This document shows, piece by piece, positions 39,162-48,299 of a stretch of 50,689 nt of DNA. Each line of letters begins with the position of its first letter. The stretch's first letter is position 1. The notes under the pieces were generated by a model. That model had not been told where the DNA came from. It saw only the letters and a list, made by a program, of their open reading frames with translations, and did not search any database. This DNA comes from an uncultured bacterium (GTDB taxonomy: Bacteria; B130-G9), in contig CBDVDH010000024.1 in assembly GCA_965372715.1 (NCBI GenBank), forward strand, positions 1 through 50,689, written 5' to 3'. The translations under genes were made by a program, and so were the position numbers.

Positions 39162-39268
39162 GTAGTGGCGAGGTCTGAAGACCCGCCCTTTTGAATTGAT
39201 GGTCGCATAAGATGCCTCGTATCCGCAGGGATTGATGTAGGCGGGCGGGTCTGAGACACCGCCTCTAC
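39162..39268. repeat. REPIN-like inverted REP doublet, diverged copy of 9680-9784
   Basis: GTAGTGGCGAGGTCTGAAGACCCGCCC ... GGGCGGGTCTGAGACACCGCCTCTAC. Confidence 0.75.
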
Positions 39269-39448
39269 AGGCCGATTCCGGCAATCGCGTCGCGAATGAA
39301 AACCACCGCGTTGATCTTGACAATCGACGGTATTGCCTGTATCGTTGTTGTGTGAATGGACAACGAAATCCTCGCCAATCGACTTATGACCCAGCCTGGG
39401 GAAGGCCACCCCACACCGATGAGAGTCACGCCCTTGAATTATTCGTGA

Positions 39449-40765
39449 TTACCTGGGCGGCCTCTCGTCCATCTGGTTGATGACGAACTTGAACTTGCCG
39501 CACGAGCGGTAAGGGACCTCATCAACCACGTGAATGCGAATCTCCGTCGCCTGGCCGAGCTTCTTCTTCAAATCGGTCCGGAGCATGTTGGTGGTCGCCT
39601 CGCCAAATTCGGGGTTGGGCACGATATAGACATCGAGCGCGAGCTTCTCCTTTTGCAGTAGCTGCGCCCTTTTGATGCCTTTTGGGAAGAAGAATGCGAA
39701 AGAAAGCCCGGAGACCCACCGGCCGTCGGCGGTCAGGACGCGGTCGTCAACCCGTCCGGTAAGGCTCTCGACCATCGGCAGCGTCCTTGAGCACGGACAC
39801 ACGGCGTCTGATCGCGTCGCGTAGTCCATCGTATCGTAACGCAGAAGCGGAAACGCCTTGTTGTGAAGTCCGGTGGCGATTATCCGGCCCTCCTGGCCGG
39901 GGCCGGCCGGACTGCCGTCGTCCTTGACGATCTCGACAATGCCGTATTCCATTGCCACGTGATAGCTGCCTTTGGGGCATTGGATGATCAGGACGTTGTG
40001 TTCCCTTAGGCCGTAATTGTCGCACACGGGGACCCCGGTCCACGTCTCGATGAACCTGCGTTGATGGTCAAGCACGGCCTCGGACGCGGTGAAGACATAC
40101 TTGGGCTTCACGTCGTCGATGCCAGCTTCCGATAGGACATGGCAGAATGAAGCGATGGCAGCCGGGTGGCCACGCCACAGCTTCACACGGTGCTTTCGCA
40201 GAAGCCGCGCGTATTTGTGGACGTTTGACAAATCGATTATGTCGGATGAGAGCTCAAGCCCGCGGCACTTGAAGTTCCACTTGTAGCCATCAAGGGCATC
40301 CATCACGACGCTGCGGATGTCGAGAAACGGTTCCCCCAACCGATAGCCGAGCCAAGAGAAATGCCTCCACATGCAGGCAAACTCGATGACGTTGGAATCG
40401 CTGTCCCAATACACGGTCAACGGGGAACCGGTCGTCCCGCTCGTCTGGATAGCTTTCGGCCGGAACTTCTCGAAGTTGTCGGCCTTGAACTCGTCGTGGT
40501 GCTCGATCAGATAATCCTTAGATAGGATCGGGATTCTCGACAGGTCCTCGAGGCGCGTGAAATCGGACCTCTTCAGGCCGAGCTTCCTGAAAAGCTCCCG
40601 ATAATGCGGCACGTTCTCAAAGCAGTGGTCAAGCATTCTCGAGAGAAGCTCCCACTGGAGGCTGAGCAGCCTGTCCCGGGGATAATACTGACTTCTCCAG
40701 AGGAGCCATCTCCAATAAAGGAGGTCCTTCGGGTAAAGGAAATCCCTGATCTTGAACTCGATCAT
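39449..40765 (-). CDS. Phenylacetate-CoA ligase family (CapK-like) adenylate-forming enzyme
   Basis: NVPHYR, TSGTTGSP, YGLRE, FPLLRYDTMD, GRVDD, GKFKFV. Confidence 0.88.
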   Translation of the reverse strand: MIEFKIRDFLYPKDLLYWRWLLWRSQYYPRDRLLSLQWELLSRMLDHCFENVPHYRELFRKLGLKRSDFTRLEDLSRIPILSKDYLIEHHDEFKADNFEKFRPKAIQTSGTTGSPLTVYWDSDSNVIEFACMWRHFSWLGYRLGEPFLDIRSVVMDALDGYKWNFKCRGLELSSDIIDLSNVHKYARLLRKHRVKLWRGHPAAIASFCHVLSEAGIDDVKPKYVFTASEAVLDHQRRFIETWTGVPVCDNYGLREHNVLIIQCPKGSYHVAMEYGIVEIVKDDGSPAGPGQEGRIIATGLHNKAFPLLRYDTMDYATRSDAVCPCSRTLPMVESLTGRVDDRVLTADGRWVSGLSFAFFFPKGIKRAQLLQKEKLALDVYIVPNPEFGEATTNMLRTDLKKKLGQATEIRIHVVDEVPYRSCGKFKFVINQMDERPPR

Positions 40766-40792
40766 ATCGCAGGTCTTCTCTTGGCCATCATC

Positions 40793-42319
40793 TTACCCAT
40801 TTCGCCAGTCCACGACGCTGTCCCAGTGGTTGGGGGGCAGAAAGCGTAGGCTCTCGTCTGCGACTATCCCATCCTTCCAATTGTCCCAATTCGTCCGGAG
40901 TGAAATGTTATCAGCACTTCCGAGCGGGAATCTATGCTCTGCCGCGGCTCGGGCAAGCAAGCTTATCTTGGCTGGGTCAAAACCCATCACTCTCGCCGCT
41001 GTGAAGTCCACGGCAACGGGGTCCATACCGGCCACCAAGACTCCCTCTGGCCGCGGCCGCGGCGCCATCGGGCCGTTGCCATCTCCTCCAATAATCCCGT
41101 CAATAAGCACGAAGAGCCGCCGCTGCCGAGCAGTCCGCATTTTGCCCTCAATCTCCGAATAGAAAAAGGCGCGCGCTATGTCAAGAACCATTCGCCACGT
41201 CGTGTCGTTCCCCTCCCAGTTCCCCATACGGACAGATTTGTGGAGGAACTTCTCATAAAAGGCGTCTATCTGTGGCTGCTCAGAGCAATGCTGGCCCTTC
41301 TTTTTCACCGGAAACAACACCGGCAATAGAGCGGACGCGATCCTGGCAAAAGCTCGCCCCCTTCTGGCAAGCAGGCCATCTACCCCCTTCCGAACGAGCG
41401 TCGACTTCATCCTCAGGAACTTGTCACTTTCAACCGGGAACTCGTCGCCGCCCTCAGATGCGTCCCCGACGCGGTAGTGAGGCAGATAGTTCTTGTCAGT
41501 GTTTATGCCGACCAGGTTCTTCAGACTGAGCGTTACACCTGTCTTCTTGTGCGTCTTGAGCTTTGGCACGCTGACGAGAACGTCGCTCTCGAGCACCCTT
41601 TTGGACAGGCAATACCTGTTCGTCGTCACGTTGTGATGCGCGCAGGTTTCGCGACGGTCATAGTCCGACCCAAAGAGATTGTGCAGCGTCTCGCCCAGCT
41701 CCAGCAACACGCTGTCCTGCCCAAGATCGACGACCACACTCTCGGTCGCGTAAGTATCGACGGTCTGCCTATCGACAACCAGCCCGTGCCGCATTCTGCT
41801 TCTAACCCGCCGCAAGTCCATTAGCGCGGTTTCGAGGCCTGAGTTCTCCTCGTAGAACTTTGCCACGCCCAAAAGGCCGGTCAGCTCCACAAGCCTATCG
41901 AAATTCGCGTTGAACTGGGGGGCGTCGGCGAACAGGATACGGCCCTCGCCGCGAAGCGCTATCTCGACGTAATCCGCAATCGCCCTCACCACAGCGCCGT
42001 GCGTCGCTATCGAAAAGACCGTTTCTGAATTGATGTGGTAGTCCATGACCAGATTGGGGCTGATAACGACCCGGTCGCCGGCTGATATGACCTCCCCCAG
42101 CGGGTTCCAGTCTGCGGTCCCGAAGTGCGCCTCGTCCAGCCCAAGCAGCTGCAATGTCTCCCGCACTGCGCCATAGACACAGTTGGTCCTGTCCAACGCG
42201 TCTTTGCCCTTGAAGGGGTATTCAGGATACTCGACCGGTGGATTGAACGGGGCCGCGGAGGGATACGCGACCTCGGGGTCCCTGAAAACCGCTACCTGCG
42301 GAGCTTGCTCTATGGACAT
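40793..42319 (-). CDS. DUF362 domain protein
   Basis: VVISPNLV, THGAV, VSVPKLKTHKKTGVTLSLKN.VG, DGIIGGDGNGP, DPVAVD. Confidence 0.85.
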   Translation of the reverse strand: MSIEQAPQVAVFRDPEVAYPSAAPFNPPVEYPEYPFKGKDALDRTNCVYGAVRETLQLLGLDEAHFGTADWNPLGEVISAGDRVVISPNLVMDYHINSETVFSIATHGAVVRAIADYVEIALRGEGRILFADAPQFNANFDRLVELTGLLGVAKFYEENSGLETALMDLRRVRSRMRHGLVVDRQTVDTYATESVVVDLGQDSVLLELGETLHNLFGSDYDRRETCAHHNVTTNRYCLSKRVLESDVLVSVPKLKTHKKTGVTLSLKNLVGINTDKNYLPHYRVGDASEGGDEFPVESDKFLRMKSTLVRKGVDGLLARRGRAFARIASALLPVLFPVKKKGQHCSEQPQIDAFYEKFLHKSVRMGNWEGNDTTWRMVLDIARAFFYSEIEGKMRTARQRRLFVLIDGIIGGDGNGPMAPRPRPEGVLVAGMDPVAVDFTAARVMGFDPAKISLLARAAAEHRFPLGSADNISLRTNWDNWKDGIVADESLRFLPPNHWDSVVDWRNG

Positions 42320-42352
42320 CGCAAAAATCGCTGCGCGAATCTCAAAAAGGGA

Positions 42353-42616
42353 CTATATTGAGCGCCCGCTGGCTCCAGTTGAAGCCCGGCGCCCACCAAA
42401 ACGCCTCGCAACACTACACTCAGGAGCTCTCTCCAGAACTGACGGTCGGATTGTCCAAACACCAGCTGTGCAGCCATATTCATAACGGTCACAGATTGGA
42501 ATATACCTGTCTCCGAAAGCAGCGCCCGCAATCAGCCGTCTTGGATTCGCCATGAACCGGACCGAACCTTTGTAGCGGGTATTGCTGACTTCCCTTTTCG
42601 CCTTCTTGTCCGCCAT
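42353..42616 (-). CDS. Hypothetical small protein
   Basis: 87-aa ATG ORF filling the gap between co-oriented genes; no recognised motif. Confidence 0.4.
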   Translation of the reverse strand: MADKKAKREVSNTRYKGSVRFMANPRRLIAGAAFGDRYIPICDRYEYGCTAGVWTIRPSVLERAPECSVARRFGGRRASTGASGRSI

Positions 42617-42712
42617 AGCTCTATCGAAGGAGGATTCCTTATTTCCCCTCCGCGTTCGCCGACGCGTCAGCGGAGGAGAATTCTCCCGTTTCCGTTTACG
42701 GAAACTCCTCTA

Positions 42713-45034
42713 CTACTCTACCTTGAAGATCTCTTCAAAGGCAAGGTCGAGCTGCTCGTCCCTGCCGGGGATACACATTATGCCGAAGCCCACCCTTAGG
42801 CCCAAGGTCAGATTCACGGCGTCAATCCTCATCGTGTCCGGTTCCCTTTCGAAGACAAGGCAAAGCCCCGACAACTCATCTGCAAGGAACCAGTCCCGCG
42901 ACCCGCTGAGCTTGAAATCGAGCCTCCTGACTACGCCGTCGTAAGCAAAATCGAACTCATGGCCAAACCACCGGTCCCCGTCCAGCTGCCACAGAAGCCA
43001 AACCTTGTGAAGCCCACGATCCTGCGCCTCCACCCCGAAGATCAGCTCCGCCTCATTCACGGCAAGCGTTGTGACCGCGAGGTCGGAGTAGCAGAGCGCC
43101 ATTTCCCCGTCCGGCTCGCAGCCCGAAAGCCCCTGAACGTCAGTTCCTCCCGAAGAGAAACGCCGCACCTCCCATCTGTTGTCAATCTCGCCAAGGTCCG
43201 GCCCGCGAGGCAGGGTGTACTGGCCTAATGTTACCTCGGACTCCGCATACTCTGGCCGCCAGCGCGTCCTGAGCTTTTCTCTGAGCGCCATCTCGTCAGA
43301 TTCCATCCGCACGAGCTTGCCGTCTTTGAAGACGAAGCAGCGCATTCGTTCAGCGTCAGGCGGGTCCTCGCCTATTGCCACATCGCTGAAAAAATCCGAA
43401 TAAACCTTGGGGATAACGTCTTTTAGATCGTAGTAGAACCGGAATCGACTGAACAGCCGCAAGGCGTCGTCGTCCGACACATAGACAACGGTCTTGTCCG
43501 GTAGGTCTGGGTAGTTCTTCTTCATTTCGATCATCGCAAGGTCTGTCTTCCACCCATCGAGTCTCCAGTCCTTGCCAGTCGTCGAATAGGTCGTTGCCGA
43601 GAATACGACGAGGAATACGAGCAGGACGCCAGCTCTTACCACCTTCCATGCGGCTTGATTCAACGGCCCTCTCCATCGAGTGACCCGCAGTATGAGAAGG
43701 CCTGCAATCGCAGTCAGGTTCACAAGACTCGCAAGCATCAGAAAAGCTCGTTTGCCGGACAGCCCGCCGAATCCGGACGAGTCGTTGGTTGTGAGCCTCT
43801 TGATGAGACTTCCCATTGATCGCCAATAGGCAGGATCAACCTGTGAGTGCCAGCTTACGGTTCCATTCCCGTCAAAGAGTGCAGGGTCCGGAGCGCGGTA
43901 TGGTATTAGGAAGAAGCCGATTATCGCGCAAATCAGGAGAAGGTCCACAACCATTGGCGCCGTTGCACGCGGCCGGTCTGCCCGGTTGGCTTCCGATTTC
44001 TCGGCCTTCGCCTGGTCGGGACTAGCGCGGACTGCCTCGTTGCCAAATCTGATAAACGCCGCAAGCGCAAGCGCTAGTCCGACGGCCGGCAGATACGCAT
44101 GCCGGTCGGCGGCGAGTGAGTAGAATGGGAAGGGCAAGAGCGCTGTTGCGAGGAGCGAGAACCGGGCCAGCTTGCCGCCCTTGAAAAGCGGTACGGCGAC
44201 CATGACCAGAAGTCCCGGCAGAAACCACGGCTTCGCGGCCTTGACGAGCATAGAAACCAGAAAGAAAGGCAGTCTGTAGCTCAACGAAATCGATAGGACG
44301 ATGCGCGCGCCCTCGTCGCCTGGCTTGGCTATGAGATTCAGCGCCGCTGCGAGAGCGATCGCGCCTACGAACGGAAGCCAGTATTTGGCGCGGTTCTTGA
44401 CGTAGCCCCATAACTTCCGGCCTTCCCTGTGGAAGAAAAGCTCCCACACAAGCAGGATAAGCAGCATCGAGGCGGTGCTCTGTTTGGTCATGAGAGCGAC
44501 GAAGTAGACGACGGCCGAGAGCCACGGGAGGCGCGGTCGCTCACCGCCGGTGGTTTTCATGTAGAGGAGCAGCGAGGTGAGTAGCAGGCAGGTGCTGATT
44601 GGCTCTACCCAGTGATAGACAGTGCTGACAACGTCAAAATGAACCGGCATCGAAACAAATAGCACCCCGGCAATGACCGCCCAGAGCGTATCATCCTTGA
44701 GGCGCCCCGCCAAGAGATAGACCAGGAAGCCGCACAGCGCGTGGGTCACGAAATTGAGAACGTGATACCAGAAAGGGTTACGACCGAAGACCGTGAACAG
44801 GACAAGCCAAGAGAAGCGGGGAACGGGTCGATACGTATATGTTAGCTCGGGCGTGAGGAGCGCCTTGGTCAGGTTGGCCTTACTTAAAGGGCCCAAGAAG
44901 TCGAACGTGTCGCTGGCGAAGTAGTATAAGGCGATCTTGTAGTAAAGCAGAGATGAAAAGACGACAAGCCCCAAGAGAACAACCAGGTGCAGCCGGCGTT
45001 TTCGATTAAGAAGCTGGCGATTTGCTCCAGCCAT
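42713..45034 (-). CDS. Multi-pass membrane protein, GT-C glycosyltransferase-like
   Basis: SDTF, YRPV, PFWYHVLN...H, PVHFDVV, ALMTKQS, DRHAYLP; soluble C-terminal domain. Confidence 0.7.
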   Translation of the reverse strand: MAGANRQLLNRKRRLHLVVLLGLVVFSSLLYYKIALYYFASDTFDFLGPLSKANLTKALLTPELTYTYRPVPRFSWLVLFTVFGRNPFWYHVLNFVTHALCGFLVYLLAGRLKDDTLWAVIAGVLFVSMPVHFDVVSTVYHWVEPISTCLLLTSLLLYMKTTGGERPRLPWLSAVVYFVALMTKQSTASMLLILLVWELFFHREGRKLWGYVKNRAKYWLPFVGAIALAAALNLIAKPGDEGARIVLSISLSYRLPFFLVSMLVKAAKPWFLPGLLVMVAVPLFKGGKLARFSLLATALLPFPFYSLAADRHAYLPAVGLALALAAFIRFGNEAVRASPDQAKAEKSEANRADRPRATAPMVVDLLLICAIIGFFLIPYRAPDPALFDGNGTVSWHSQVDPAYWRSMGSLIKRLTTNDSSGFGGLSGKRAFLMLASLVNLTAIAGLLILRVTRWRGPLNQAAWKVVRAGVLLVFLVVFSATTYSTTGKDWRLDGWKTDLAMIEMKKNYPDLPDKTVVYVSDDDALRLFSRFRFYYDLKDVIPKVYSDFFSDVAIGEDPPDAERMRCFVFKDGKLVRMESDEMALREKLRTRWRPEYAESEVTLGQYTLPRGPDLGEIDNRWEVRRFSSGGTDVQGLSGCEPDGEMALCYSDLAVTTLAVNEAELIFGVEAQDRGLHKVWLLWQLDGDRWFGHEFDFAYDGVVRRLDFKLSGSRDWFLADELSGLCLVFEREPDTMRIDAVNLTLGLRVGFGIMCIPGRDEQLDLAFEEIFKVE

Positions 45035-45595
45035 CAATGTCTTCAGCCTATAATGGCGAAATGCGGATTCAAGACGGACTCCAACCTCAGCTTGTCAAAG
45101 TAGCCATGCGGCAATCTAAAGAGCATTCGAAACGAGGACTACGACAAGCGTTCGAAGATGCCAGTTCGCAGCTCTTTTCGACAAGCACGAAGCTACCTCA
45201 AAGCGGTGGATACATTATCTTGAGGCGTGAGGGATTGCAATAGGGAGATCTTCCGCAGTCCTGCCCCACATTCGGCTTCGTATGGCAGAATCCGAGCGGT
45301 CAGTTCTATCATTGCTCGCTGGCGATATGTTATGCGGAGCAAGCTTGCGTGAGCAGGTCATTGCACCATATCCTAACCCCCTCAGGGAACATGAACACCC
45401 AAGTCTGAGAAGCTCAGTGCTAGTTCGCCATGGGGCTAGTCTCAGCCACACAGCCTACAACCGTCCGAGTCACGCTCTGCTTTGTGCCGGACCTCCTGAA
45501 TACACTTACGGAGCGATTAAAGGTGTAAAGTGGCGGTTACGATTAGTGTGAATGGCTGAGTGGCGGAGGGCAACGGATTCAAGGGAGTAGCTATC

Positions 45596-46972
45596 GTGCC
45601 GGACAAGACCAATGGGCGTCTTCTGATAGTCGATGATGACGAACCCTTTCTGGATAATCTGGAGACCGCTCTCTCGTCGGCAGGCTACAAGGTGGACACG
45701 GCGCCATCTCCAGAGAAAGCCCTGACGCTGCTTGTGGCGAGAAGCTACGAGTTGGTCATAACCGATCTGAGGATGCCGGGCACGGATGGCCTTTGTATCT
45801 ACGAGGCGATAAGGGATGTTGATCGTTTTGTGCCCGTAATAGTCCTGACCGGCTATGGTGGGGCCGATGAGGCCGCCAGGGCGATCAACATGGGGTGTGC
45901 CGACTACTTGCGCAAACCCATCACTCTGGACGAACTCAAATTCCGCGTCGATAAGGCGAGGCGGCAGCATCAGATTGAGGCGGAGGTGGCATCGCTCCGC
46001 GAGCAGTTGAGCCGCACCTCGGCCGGACCATTCATAGTCGGAGCTTCGGGCCCCATTCGGTCGATTCTGGATAAGATCGCAATGGTCGCTGAGTCAGGAG
46101 TTACGGTTCTGATCAGGGGTGAGACTGGTACCGGCAAGGAGCTTGTGGCAAGGGCCGTGCATGAAAGCAGTCCGCGTGCGGGCAGCCCATTTGTGGCGGT
46201 GGCCTGTGCGGCAATTCCGCAGCCCTTGCTTGAGGGACAGTTGTTCGGGCACAAAAGGGGAGCCTACACCGGGGCGGACAAGGACCAGAAGGGCCTAATA
46301 GACCTGGCAAATAGAGGGACTCTGTTCCTGGACGAGATCGGTGATATCGACACGACGGCCCAGGTGAAGCTGCTTAGAACGCTCGAGACAGGTGAACTAA
46401 GACCGCTGGGGGACGGAAAAGTTCATACAGTGGACGTTCGTCTGATCGCTGCGACCAATCGCGATCTAGAGCAGGCCATCAAGAGTGGACAGTTCAGAGA
46501 CGACCTGTTTTATAGGCTCAATGTGTTTCCAATCGCGCTGCCAGCGCTGCGCGACCGCAGAGAAGACATCCCACTGCTTGTGAAGCATTTCGCCGAGCTT
46601 CACGGTCCCGCTCTATGCGGGCGATGTAAGATCTTCTCAAAAGAGGCCATAGAAGTTTTTCTTGCCTACGATTGGCCTGGCAACGTGCGGGAGCTCGAGA
46701 ACAAGGTCCGACAGGCAATTCTCCTGGCGCCTGGCCAGGTTGTGGCACCTTCTGCGATTGATCTTCCGGTCGAGGAACCAGCGGCCTCCGCGTGGAGATT
46801 CAGTGAGGCCAAGAAAGGGGCAATTGACGCATTTGAGACGCGATTTGTCCGGGGTGTGCTTAGCAGAACCAGAGGGGTCATATCCAAGGCGGCAAGGCTT
46901 GCCGGACTGGACCGTAAGAACCTGTGGCTTCTGATGAAAAAGCATGGGATACAGGCCGAGGAATTCCGTTGA
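45596..46972 (+). CDS. Sigma54-dependent response regulator (NtrC/AtoC family)
   Basis: REC (IVDDD, DLRMP, KP), [35 protein letters not shown], Fis HTH; GTG 45596 after AGGGAG (alternative start 45560). Confidence 0.95.
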   Translation: MPDKTNGRLLIVDDDEPFLDNLETALSSAGYKVDTAPSPEKALTLLVARSYELVITDLRMPGTDGLCIYEAIRDVDRFVPVIVLTGYGGADEAARAINMGCADYLRKPITLDELKFRVDKARRQHQIEAEVASLREQLSRTSAGPFIVGASGPIRSILDKIAMVAESGVTVLIRGETGTGKELVARAVHESSPRAGSPFVAVACAAIPQPLLEGQLFGHKRGAYTGADKDQKGLIDLANRGTLFLDEIGDIDTTAQVKLLRTLETGELRPLGDGKVHTVDVRLIAATNRDLEQAIKSGQFRDDLFYRLNVFPIALPALRDRREDIPLLVKHFAELHGPALCGRCKIFSKEAIEVFLAYDWPGNVRELENKVRQAILLAPGQVVAPSAIDLPVEEPAASAWRFSEAKKGAIDAFETRFVRGVLSRTRGVISKAARLAGLDRKNLWLLMKKHGIQAEEFR

Positions 46973-47006
46973 CCCTCCGTCGGGTGAGGCCAGCGCCAGC
47001 CGAGTT

Positions 47007-47962
47007 ATGAGCATCACGGAGATGAATAAGGACAAGCTCTTTGACGACAGGTATGAGTTCCTGGATTCCCTGGGTCAGGGCTCCTGGGGCGAGGTCGTCC
47101 GCGCATTCGACCGGGTCCGCTCGCACGTTGTGGCATTGAGAATGTCCGAATCGCGAACGAGAATGAGCTGGTCGAGGAGCTCGTTGCCTCGTTGGCTCAT
47201 GAGATGAGGACGCCGCTTAACGCTATTTTATCCTCGGTTGAGCTGATGGCGGCGCACACAGCGAAGCCTTCCGCGCACTACGTGGGTGTCGTTGGCGACC
47301 AAGTAGCAAGACTGTCAAGGCTTGCCGATGAGACGATTGACCTAATAAAGGGGAAGAGCTCCTCTAGAATACTCAGTCCTGAGAGCGTAGATGTGAATGC
47401 TCTCATTCGACATGTCGCGGAGGCGTTCGAGTCGCTTGCACAGAAGAACAAGTTATCGCTCAAACTGGAGCTCTCTCAGAGGTCGGCCGACGTAGAGGGA
47501 CAAAGGGACGCCTTGGAGCAGGTGCTGATCAACTTATTGACTAATGCAAGCAAATACACTGGTCCGGGGGGTTCAGTCAGGATCAGGTCCCAATTGACAT
47601 CATTCGCACACGATCCCTCAGATCCCGGCTCTTCATACCTGTATTTGGGCCGTCGTGAGTATCAACAGGAAGGCACGTTCGTCACGATCAGCGTGATTGA
47701 CGACGGCGAGGGCATGGATGAGGCCGAATGCAGACGCATACTCGAGAGATATGCGAGGACCCGAAAGACGGAGGCGGAGCATCGAATCAAGGGGTCCGGT
47801 CTTGGCCTTTATATCTGTAGGAGCATAGTTGAGCAGCACGGTGGCCGCATCTGGGCAACAAGCGAGAGAGGCAAAGGAACCAACGTAAGCTTCACACTGC
47901 CTGTTGCACCGTCGCCTGACGGGGACGGAGAGACTCGAGCGACCCAGCCAGCTGAGACATAG
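47007..47962 (+). pseudogene. Internally deleted Ser/Thr kinase-His kinase hybrid (kinase N-lobe fragment out of frame with HisKA-HATPase)
   Basis: RYEFLDSLGQGSWGEVVRAFDR...VAL, then another frame IENVRIANENELVEELVASLAHEMRTPLN...NLLTNASKY...DDGEG...GSGLGL. Confidence 0.75.
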
Positions 47963-48299
47963 TGACCGGCTTTTGTAGAAAGCCAACCTTTCGCCTGCCC
48001 CTTGCCTCCGCGACGAGCCACTCCCCGTAACCGCTCCCGGTGATGAAGATCACCGGGACTTCGATGCCCATGGAATCGAGGAAGTCCAGAATCAGAAGCC
48101 CATCCTTGTCGCCTGATATGCAGAGGTCCGAGAGCACTAGATCGAATCCGGTTGTTCGCAGTGCTCTCATCGCACCGGACATACTGTTTACTGCTTGCAC
48201 CCGGTATCCCAGATGGTCGAGCACATCCGTCGTCACCTGCCGGAACGCGTCATCATCGTCGATGAATAGTATATTGATCTGGTCTGATTCCCAACTCAT
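47892..48299 (-). CDS. Single-domain response regulator
   Basis: ILFIDDD, LVLSD, VIFITG, FLQKP; TGATG coupling to the S8 gene; 71-nt convergent overlap with the HK frame. Confidence 0.85.
   Translation of the reverse strand: MSWESDQINILFIDDDDAFRQVTTDVLDHLGYRVQAVNSMSGAMRALRTTGFDLVLSDLCISGDKDGLLILDFLDSMGIEVPVIFITGSGYGEWLVAEARGRRKVGFLQKPVTMSQLAGSLESLRPRQATVQQAV

Noticed and set aside
45040-45560. Short ORFs and a TGGGGCT-N6-AGCCACA palindrome (45431-45450) in the long intergenic region
   Set aside because: No recognisable motifs or RBS, and a single weak palindrome is not enough to call an activator site
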